Assembly: GCA_047967505.1 (NCBI GenBank) | Contig: CM106538.1 | Source: Dipteris shenzhenensis | Lineage: Eukaryota | Reading direction: 5' to 3' (one strand) | Length of the DNA stretch: 64,000 nt | Shown here: one piece after another, positions 52,090 to 61,900 of the stretch | How the letters are laid out: each line of letters opens with the position of its first letter | How positions within the stretch are numbered: the stretch's first letter is position 1 | Notes under the pieces: generated by a model | The model's database searches: none | The model's input: the letters and a program-made list of their open reading frames with translations, nothing else | What the model was told of the DNA's origin: nothing | Position numbers and translations under genes: made by a program

Positions 52090-54645
52090 AAACGTGACTA
52101 AGAAAATTTGCGCACGTACTAATGAAATACGCGTGTGGACTTATCTGTTGGTCCCTACTAGCACGACTACGTATGAAAAATGGTGCACATACTAACGAAA
52201 TATGCATGTGGACTTATCTGTTGGGGATGAAACTTCGCATGGCTCTTAGGCCACCCTAGACATACATCCACACAAGATTTGGTCTCCAACTAATTTGGTA
52301 TGCGCCACATGGAAGATATAATGCGTACATTTTTACAATCCCTACAAGCATGACTACATATAAAAAATGGTGCACGTACTAACCAAATAGGCATGTGGAC
52401 TTATCTGTTGGGGATTAAACTTTGTACGGCTCTTAGGCTACCCTAGACGTACATCCATGCAAGATTTGGTCTCCAACGATTTGGTATACGCCACGTGGAA
52501 GGTATAATGCGTACATTTTTACAATCCCTACTAGCATGACTACGTATGAAAAATGGCACACATACTAACGAAATATGCATGTGGAATTATCTGTTGGGGA
52601 TTAAACTTTGCATGGCTCTTAGGCTATCCTAGACGTACATCCACGCAAGATTTGGTCTCCAACTGATTTGGTATGTGCCACGTGGAAGGTATAATGCGTA
52701 TATTTTTACAATCCCTACTAGCACGACTACGTATGAAAAATGGCGCACGTACTAATGAAATACGCATGTGGACTTATCTGTTGGGGATTAAACTTTGCAC
52801 GGCTCTTAGGCTACCCTAGACGTACATCCACACAAGATTTGGTCTCCAACTGATTTGGTATGCGCCACGTGGAAGGTATAATGTGTACATTTTTACAATC
52901 CCTACTAGCACGACTACGTATGAAAAATGGCGCACGTACTAACGAAATACACATGTGGACTTATCTGTTGGGGATGAAACTTTGCACGGCTCTTAGGCCA
53001 CCCTAGACATACATCCACGCAAGATTTAGTCTCCAATTGATTTGGTATGCGCCACGTGGAAGGTATAATGCATACATTTTTACAATCCCTACTAGCACGA
53101 CTACGTATGAAAAATGGTGCATGTACTAACCAAATAGGCATGTGGACTTATCTGTTGGGGATTAAACTTTGCACAGCTCTTATGCTACCCTAGACGTACA
53201 TCCACGCAAGATTTGGTCTCCAACTGATTTGGTATGTGCCACATGGAAGGTATAATGCGTACATTTTTACAATCCCTATTAGCACGACTACGTATGAAAA
53301 ATGGCACACATACTAACGAAATACGCATGTGGACTTATCTGTTGGGGATTAAACTTTGCATGGCTCTTAGGCTACCCTAGACATACATCCACGCAAGATT
53401 TGGTATGCGCCACGTGGAAGGTATAATGCGTACATTTTTACAATCCCTACTAGCACGACTACGTAAGAAAAATGGCACACGTACTAACGAAATAGGCATG
53501 TGGACTTATCTGTTGGGGATTAAACTTTGCACGGCTCTTAGGCTACCCTAGATGTACATCCACGGAAGATCTGGTCTCCAACTGATTTGGTATGTGCCAT
53601 GTGGAAGGTATAATGCGTACATTTTTACAATCCCTACTAGCATGACTACGTATGAAAAATGGTGCACGTACTAACCAAATAGGCATGTGGACTTATCTAT
53701 TGGCGATTAAACTTTGCACGGCTCTTAGGCTACCCTAGACGTACATCCACGCAAAATTTGGTCTCCAACAGATTTGGTATGCACCACATGGAAGATATAA
53801 TGCGTACATTTTTACAATCCCTACTAGCACGACTACGTATGAAAAATGGCGCACGTACTAACGAAATATGAATGTGGACTTATCTATTGGGGATTAAACT
53901 TTGCATGGCTCTTAGGCTGCCCTAGACGTACATCCACGCAAGATTTGGTCTCCAACTGATTTGGTATGCACCACGTGGAAGGTATAATGCGTAGATTTTT
54001 ACAAATCCCTACTAGCACGACTAAACCCTAAACCCTAAAAAACCCTAAATCCTCAACCCTAAAAAACCTTAAACCCTAAACCCTAAATCCGAAACCCTGT
54101 TGGGGATGAAACTTTGCACGGCTCTTAGGCTACCCTAGACGTACATCCATGTACGATTTGGTCTCCAACTGATTTAGTATGCGCCACGTGGAAGGTATAA
54201 TGCATACATTTTTACAATCCCTACTAGCACGACTAAACCCTAAACAACCCTAAACCCTGTTGGGGATGAAACTTTGCACGGCTCTTAGGCTACCCTAGAC
54301 GTATATCCACGCAAGATTTGGTCTCCAACTAATTTGGAATGTGCCACGTGGAAGGTATAATGCGTACATTTTTGCAAGCACTCCCTACTCGTGACTGCGT
54401 ATGAAAAATGGCGCACGTACTAACCAAATACGCATGTGGACTTATCTGTTGGGGATTAAACTTTGCACAGCTCTTAGGCTACCCTAGACGTACATCCATG
54501 CAAGATTTGGCCTCCAACTGATTTGGTATGCGCCACGTGGAAGGTATAATGCATACATCCACGCAAGATTTGGGTCTCCAACTGATTTCGTATGTGCCAT
54601 GTGGAAGGTATAATCCCTACTAGTGACTACGTATGAAAAATGGCA
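52090..54645. repeat. Tandem satellite, 187-bp unit, about 13-14 copies
   Basis: CCCTAC anchor recurs at 52153, 52340, 52526, 52713, 52900, 53087, 53274, 53445, 53632, 53819, 54007 and 54219. Confidence 0.95.
54021..54258. repeat. Interstitial plant telomere-like repeats (CCCTAAA)n at 54021-54098 and 54233-54258
   Basis: Degenerate AAACCCT units embedded in two satellite monomers. Confidence 0.85.
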
Positions 54646-55137
54646 AGCATTGATATATACGAAATTCAATATGATATTCAAAATGATAAAGTTCATAGCA
54701 CGAGAGAGCTCTAGAAAGAGAGAGATAGAGAGAGAGAGAGACCTTATACTTGAACACCTTTTCAATGCTTAATGTTTACAATTACGACACACGGCATTAT
54801 TTTTAAAATACCTTATGTATTAGATGTGTGAATTGAGATATCTAAAATTCAAAATCATACTCTTAATTTTAAATATGCACGTGGGGATGAAACGTCACAC
54901 GGCTCTTAGGTTTAGTGTAATAATTGCAAGCATTGATATATACAAAATTGAATATGATATTCAAAATGATAAAGTTCATAGCAAGAGAGAGAGAGAAAGG
55001 AAGACCTTATACTTGAACACTTTTTCATGCTTAATGTTTACAATTACTTCACATGGCATTATTTTTAAAATACCTTATGTATTAGATGTGTGAATTGAGA
55101 TATTTGAAATTCAAAATCATACTCCTAATTTTAAATG
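54643..55137. repeat. ~283-bp period duplication following the satellite
   Basis: GCAAGCATTGATATATAC...AAATCATACTC occurs at 54643 and 54926. Confidence 0.85.
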
Positions 55138-55327
55138 TTTATGTTAGATTTGAACAAACTATAAACTGAGATAAACAAAGTAAGAAGAACATCATGAAAG
55201 TACAAAAATGCTCATACATCATAAAAGTAAGAATAATATCATGAAAGTACCAAAATGAATGTGTACATCATCATCATCATCGTGCAGAAGTGCATCCCTA
55301 AACAAGATATGTGTGACGCCTAAACAA

Positions 55328-58300
55328 TCATCCTGAATCAGAATCTGATAACTCCACATATGATCCTCTAGTCATCCTCTGACGTGGCTCCTGTATGACC
55401 CGCTGCCCAACCGTCCGTTGTGTGCCCTCAAGCAAAGCCGGATCAGATGGGCCAGCCTCATCTCTTGCATGAGATGGGCCAGCCTCATCCTGATGAAGAG
55501 GAGGGCATGCTGCATGAGCCACTGCTGCCATCTCTGCCTCCCTCGCCTCCTCTATGTATGCGCATCTCAGCTCCCAAAGTCGTGCATTTGCAAATACTCG
55601 TGCCTCAAATCCAGCGCGAGTAATCGTCTCTACATGTAGAAGACGCTAGTCTCGGCCCCGCCCAAGCTACTGCTCCACCCACTGCTACAATGATATCTGA
55701 AGCTCTGCCTCTCGCTCAATACGGCGTGCCTCCTCTGCTCGTGCCTCGTCACCTGGTATGAAATCACCATATGAAAAGCGTCACGGAACACACGCTGCAA
55801 CCACTAACGTATCAGCACCCTCCTGCTGCAGCAAAGCTCTTTGTGCCTCCTCCTTGTAGTGCTCTGTCAAGACCACACGGGCAAATGGATCAATGGCCTG
55901 ACGATGACCAGGATACAGATCATCCATGCCAAGTCCTCTGTATGTGGCCACATCAATGTCAGCAAAGCATACAGGGCACACTGATCGTGCCACCATGTGG
56001 CGGGTCATGCAATGGAGATGTGCGATGTGGCCGCACCCTAGTCCAAACCACCCTACGGTGTCAAACTCCTCGTGGCAAAGGATGCAAGTGGCAGTAGGAA
56101 GCTGGTGCATCTATGGGTGTCCTAGTTGGCACATCTATAGGAGGAGCGGGGTATAGGGCCACGCTGGGGTCGATCCTATGGTGAGATGGATCACGACTAA
56201 TATGTCTCAACTGCAAAATATAGTGCTCCGCTCGATGGTACGCTATACGTGTCCGAATCCTCTGCTCCTCCAAATCTGCCTCCAACAGTCGTACACGAGA
56301 CTCCATATCCTATCGCAATAGATGTGCCTGCAATGCAAACATGTCGCGTACATGGTGAGAATTAACTAAAAAACTTCAGTTCAAAACACGCAACAAAAAA
56401 ATAAACTAAAATAATCAAAATAACTAACCTCATTCCTAGACGCGGCCAACAATGCCTCCAACTCTGCAATCCGTGCATCTCGAGTCTCCAACTCATGCTG
56501 AGGCAGGCTCCATAGATGTGGGAGGTGGGGGAGGTGGAATCAAAAGTGATCTCGATAGGGTAGAGACCATGTCGTGCAAGGATGATGCCACTGAATGAAC
56601 ATCCCCCCTAATCCATCCTCCAACAGCTCGCAATGCTGGTGTAGGGATAGTGTGCAGCTTTGGTGTCTCGCGTTGATGTCGAACACTTGCAGTCTGATGC
56701 TCTTGATGCCCCATCCTACCATGTCCTGCTCCTCTAGACGGGTACTAAGGTAGTCTATCCGATGACCAAGCACAAACTCGGTGTATAGCTGCATGGCAAA
56801 TGACCTAGCTATCTGATGGTTGTGAGGCAATCGACCACCATTCACAGCGAGATATCTCGGATAAATGTGTGCTACTATGACGGGGTGCCTACAACGTAAA
56901 ATATGAAAGGGCAGCCCTGATCGTGGTTACATCGCCTCAGTGTGACCATCCCAAAACATATCCTCTAAGGCCTGCCTGTGAGGTGACTCACGCTCAAGCA
57001 ACTCTCGAATGGCTCTCCAATCCAAGCCATGACTAGTGATCTCTGCCTCAGCTTGTGCCTGAAAGGTATTCACAATGTCCTCAATTGTGTCCAATCGACC
57101 CAGAGCATCAATGACTGAATCTAGACTCGCAACCAAGTGAGGGGGTGCGCTAGCATCCTGCAGTGCCCTCATCTCAGCTCTCAAAATCACTATCTGCATA
57201 TGAATAGTGGTGCCAGAACTTGTGCGCTGGCTAGCGCATGCACCAAAAAAACACATGGAAATCAATATTCTATTTGGGTAATGAAAATAATATTCTATTC
57301 AATATGACTTATGATCTATTTACGTAATGAAAACTATTTGTATGTACTCCTTGATGAGGTAGGATGTCGTTGGGATCATCCTATGCACCTACCGGTAGAT
57401 GGGCCAAATATGTGGCTATGCCTACAACAGTGCTATGTTGCAAATTCAATTCGTATTTACAATTATTTACAACTTGTTTACTTTAGAAAGTCGGTTTCTT
57501 CAAGCTCATTCTCCTTGTCTATACTACCCACCCTTGCTTTAATTAATAGCAAATAGCTTTTGTTCTAGATGCTCCCTCCATTTTTCGAGGCTCTAGACTA
57601 CTATGGGCTCTACTAGCATGTCAAAGTATGTAGTAGAGGTGTATTTTTGAAAGAGAGATGTAAAGATACTGAGTGATAGAAAGAAAATGTTATGTACAAT
57701 ACATTAAAATGGACAACAAGGAATAGATGCTAACTTGAAAGATATAACCCAAGGCAAGACCTGCATACTAGAATATTCCACATGAAGGTGGACGAATGCA
57801 CCTCTCAATAATTGCAAGTGGAAGTCAAATTGCACCTCTAAACATATGCCAAACTAAAGTAGAATAGCATCTTGAAATGTATAGAATATATAGGAAATGA
57901 CAATATTTATAGGATAGAGAAAGGTTATGGTCATTGAGATAACCCTAGTTATACTGCTTGACTTGGAGCATCTGTTGAATGATTGGTTGGCATGACTGGC
58001 TCCTAGCTAGTTGGGAATAGCTAGCCCTAAAAAACTTTTTGACTAGGCCTTAACTAGATCATCTTGCTCTAGCTTGTTAACTCAGCCTACTTACTCTACC
58101 TAAATTATGAAACAACTCTTAACCAACTATATAATCTATAATATTCCACATAAAGATAGATAAACGCACACCCCAATAATTTCTTTTTTTTAATAGATGA
58201 TTTCTAAAAATAAAATTTAAACGTTATATTTAATTCAAAACTTCACTAATTTAAAAAATAACATGCAAACTACTTTAATCTCTTTTTTTTTAAATAGATG

Positions 58301-60222
58301 ATTTTAAAAAACAAAATATATACTTTTTGACATTTAAATAAAAACTTCACTAACTTAAATAACATAAAAGCTACCTTAGACTCTTATTTTCTTTTTTTTC
58401 TAAAGATGATTTTTAAAACTAAAATTTAAATGTATTTTTATTTAAATAAAAATAGCACTAATTTGAAAAATAACATGAAAACTACTTTAATCTCTCTTTT
58501 TTTAATAGATGATTTTAAAAAATAAAATATATACATTTTCACATTTTAAATAAAAAATTATGTAATTAAAAAAAATAATTTAAAAAAACTTTAAAATGCA
58601 TTTGAAATTTTGAAATATTTTATAATTAAATTAGATATTCCTATAAACTAAAATAATATCAAAGCTACTTTAAACTCTTATTTTCTTTTTTTTAATAGAT
58701 GATTTCTAAAAATAAAATTTAAACGTTATATTTAATTCAAAACTTCACTAATTTAAAAAATAACATGCAAACTACTTTAATCTCTTTTTTTTTTAATAGA
58801 TGAATTTTAAAAACAAAATATATACTTTTTGACATTTAAATAAAAACTTCATTAACTTAAATAACATAAAAGCTACCTTAAACTCTTATTTTCTTTTTTT
58901 TAAAAAAGATGATTTTTAAAACTAAAATTTAAATATTTTTTATTTAAATAAAAATAGCACTAATTTGAAAAATAATATAAAAACTACTTTAATCTCTCTT
59001 TTTTTAAATAGATGATTTTAAAAAACAAAATATATACATTTCACATTTTAAATAAAACATTACGTAATTAAAAAAAATAATTTGAAAAAACTTTAAAATG
59101 CATTTGAAATTTTGAAATATTTTATAATTAAATTATTTTAAACTCTTATTTTCTTTTTTTTAATAGATGATTTCTAAAAACAAAATTTAAACGTTATATT
59201 TAATTCAAAACTTCACTAATTTAAAAAATAACATGCAAACTACTTTAATCTCTTTTTTTTTTAATAGATGATTTTAAAAAATAAAATATATACTTTTGAC
59301 ATTTAAATAAAAACTTCACTAACTTAAATAACATAAAAGCTACCTTAAACTCTTATTTTCTTTTTTTTTAAAAGATGATTTTTAAAACTAAAATTTAAGC
59401 ATTTTTTTATTTAAATAAAAATAGCACTAATTTGAAAAATAACATAAAAACTACTTTAATCTTTCTTTTTTTAAATAGATGATTTTAAAAAATAAAATAT
59501 ATACATATTTACATTTTAAATAAGAAATTATGTAATAAAGAAAAATTATTTAAAAAAACTTTAAAATGCATTTGAAATTTTGAAATATTTTATAATTAAA
59601 TTACATATTCCTATAAACTAAAATAATATAAAAGCTACTTTAAACTCTTATTTTCTTTTTTTAATAGATGATTTCTAAAAATAAAATTTAAACATTATAT
59701 TTAATTCAAAACTTCAATAATTTAAAAAATAACATAAAAACTACTTTAATCTCTTTTTTTTTAATAGATGATTAAAAAAAATAAATTATATACTTTTTGA
59801 GATTTAAATAAAAACTTCACTAACTTAAATAACTTAAATAACATAAAAGCTACCTTAAACTCTTATTTTCTTTTTTTTTAAAAGATGATTTTTAAAAATA
59901 AAATTTAAACGTTTTTTTATTTAAATAAAAATAGCACTAATTTAAAAAATAACTTTAATCTCTTTTTTTTTAAATAGATGATTTTAAAAAACAAAATATA
60001 TACATTTTCACATTTTAAATAAAAAATTACGTAATTCAAAAAATAATTTAAAAAAACTTTAAAATAGATTTGAAATTTAGAAATATTTTATAATTAAATT
60101 AGATATTCCTATAAACTAAAATTTAAATAAATTTTTGAAAAAAAAAAAGCTACATAAAAAAAACCTTACTTGGAATCTCCCGCTCCGTCCATCTCCATCG
60201 TTGTCCATCGGTCGTTCTCCAT
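55328..60222 (-). pseudogene. Transposon-borne accessory gene: unknown N-terminal domain, coiled coil and RING-H2 finger; spliced
   Basis: CILC-x12-CGHIAHLHC-x10-CPVC at about 55965-56090. Intron 56328-56428 (GT-AG). Donor at 60169. ORFs 56927-57265/56540-56845 and 55781-56110/55328-55531 are pairwise in frame across stops. Confidence 0.68.
58180..60140. repeat. AT-rich higher-order tandem repeat (~500-bp units built from ~100-bp subunits, about 4 copies)
   Basis: TAATAGATGATTTCTAAAAA recurs near 58190, 58692, 59160 and 59661. Subunits begin T(n)AATAGATGATT. Confidence 0.9.
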
Positions 60223-60277
60223 CGCTACCGCAATTCTGTCGAGCTCCCGCAAATCTGTCGATTTCGATGATGAGGAG

Positions 60278-60980
60278 CTCGATCGAGGTATGAAGAATGA
60301 GGGGGGTCCCTCTCTTTATATACGAAAATTTAGGGTTTCACTACCTCGATCGAGGTATTTCACATGCCACATACATATCGATCCATCATACCTCGATTGA
60401 GGTATAGACATGCCACGATACCTCGATTAAGGTATTTTACATGCCACATATACATCGCTCCATCATACCTCGATACCTCGATCGAGGTATTCGACATGCC
60501 CCATACACATCGGTCCATCTACCTCGATCGAGGTATGGACGTGCCACGATACCTCGATTAAGGTATGTCAGCTGCCAGCCGGATGCCACATACCTCGATT
60601 GCGGTATCGGACATGCGGCCAAGTCATCGGTCCAGCATACCAGGATCGAGGTTCCTAGACTTGCCATGTTACCTCGATCGAGGTATGTCAACTGCCCTGT
60701 CGGATGGCACATACCTCGATCGAGGTATTTGACACGATCGAAGACATCTATCCACGATACCTCGATCGAGGTATGTGGACTTGCCACAATACCTCGATCG
60801 AGGTATAGTTGGCTTACCACGATACCTCGAACGAGGTATAGGTGGCATGCCACGAGACCTCGATCGAGGTATAGGCTCGGTTCGGTGAAAAAAAGTCCAG
60901 GACCTCGATCGAGGTATTGGCTTGGCTTGGTTGTCCTCGTGTGTGAGTTTCATTGGAGATAATTCCTCGATCGAGGTATT
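60278..60980. repeat. Right subterminal array of palindrome TACCTCGATCGAGGTA (roughly 18-20 copies)
   Basis: Direct reading. Variants are mostly CpG transitions. Confidence 0.92.
60314..60338 (-). promoter_or_regulatory. Putative promoter of the accessory gene: telo-box AAACCCTA plus TATATAAA
   Basis: The minus strand reads AAACCCTA (60338-60331) then TATATAAAG (60322-60314), upstream of the first exon. Confidence 0.45.
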
Positions 60981-61738
60981 GCACACCGAAGCAAAACCTT
61001 TGTATTTTCACTCGAGCGGGTGTCACACTCACTCGAAAGTGGTTCGGAAGTGGACACCCTTAGCTTGCTACCTCCCCAAGATTTAAAGAATCTTCAAGAT
61101 TCTTTTTTGGACCTCATCGAAAGTTTATCTCATGACTCTAGGGATAAGGATTTCCATATGGCCACTTTTAATTCATGACTCTAGGGACAAGGATTGATTT
61201 CCATATGGCCACTTTTAATTCCTATATTTATAGATAGATTTGTGGTGTAGATTTTGAATCCTCCAAGTGGTTTTGGATCATACTATAGCTGCAATAAATA
61301 AGGAGGTTTTAAAAGACTAGGATCCTACTATGAACTTCATACAATCATCATTTATTAGTTCAATAGTATTATTTGTTTGATTAGGCTTAAATTCTAAATA
61401 TAGTAGTATGATCATCATATCTTCTTCTTTTGTGTCATGATCTTTGATTTTGCAACATAATGATAAATACATTTTCACTAAAAGGTCTCCTTGGTCTCAT
61501 TTAGTTATTAGATCTTTATTTTGTTTCAACTAAATAGAGAAATATATATATGTCTAGATGTCTATATAATTCTAAGAAAGAGCGAGCTTATGTGTCAAAC
61601 TATAGTATTCTCTAGATAAATCGTACTTATCACCATATCTTTGTAATAATCCAAAGCCTTGTAATAAATCCTATTACTGGTAAAGGCTTTTCCCATCTTT
61701 TATTATCTGATATTACTGCAATACTCTACCTTCATATT

Positions 61739-61900
61739 GAGGGGGAGTGTTGAGATTAATACATGAAGGTGTCTAGAGGGGTGGAAAGCTACATAAGCTT
61801 GGTTGGTCCATGTAGATCATGGATAGGATTTGGATTGGGTGTTAGATATAAGATAGTTGGTACCTTGTGGATCTAGTGTGGATCACAAGAAGCCTTGTAT
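61739..61900 (+). mobile_element. PPT and start of a Copia-like 3' LTR
   Basis: GAGGGGGAG followed by TGTTGAGA at 61748. Confidence 0.5.

Larger units (their letters stand above)
48345..60988. mobile_element. Large DNA transposon (Sola2-like) with two convergent genes and internal satellites
   Basis: The same palindrome array occurs at both ends, enclosing a transposase (+) and an accessory gene (-). Exact termini and TSD are unresolved. Confidence 0.75.

Noticed and set aside
54021-54098. True telomere or chromosome fusion site
   Set aside because: Short, degenerate, in a single orientation, and flanked in register by satellite sequence.
52090-54645. CRISPR-like array interpretation of the regular repeats, and of the palindrome arrays at 48366 and 60278
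   Set aside because: Monomers are wholly repeated with no unique spacers, the inter-palindrome sequences are related to one another, there are no cas genes, and the context is eukaryotic.
55753-55785. Short intron in the RING gene
   Set aside because: Too short, and unnecessary: the frame continues through a TGA (probably CGA originally) into the final ORF.
48343-60990. Classification as a CACTA/EnSpm element (two genes, subterminal repeats)
   Set aside because: No CACTA/CACTG termini or 3-bp TSD found, and the transposase motifs do not resemble TnpD.
60364-61032. ORFs with repeated YLDRG/IPRSR peptides on both strands, also at 48011-48661
   Set aside because: These are translations of the palindrome array, not proteins.
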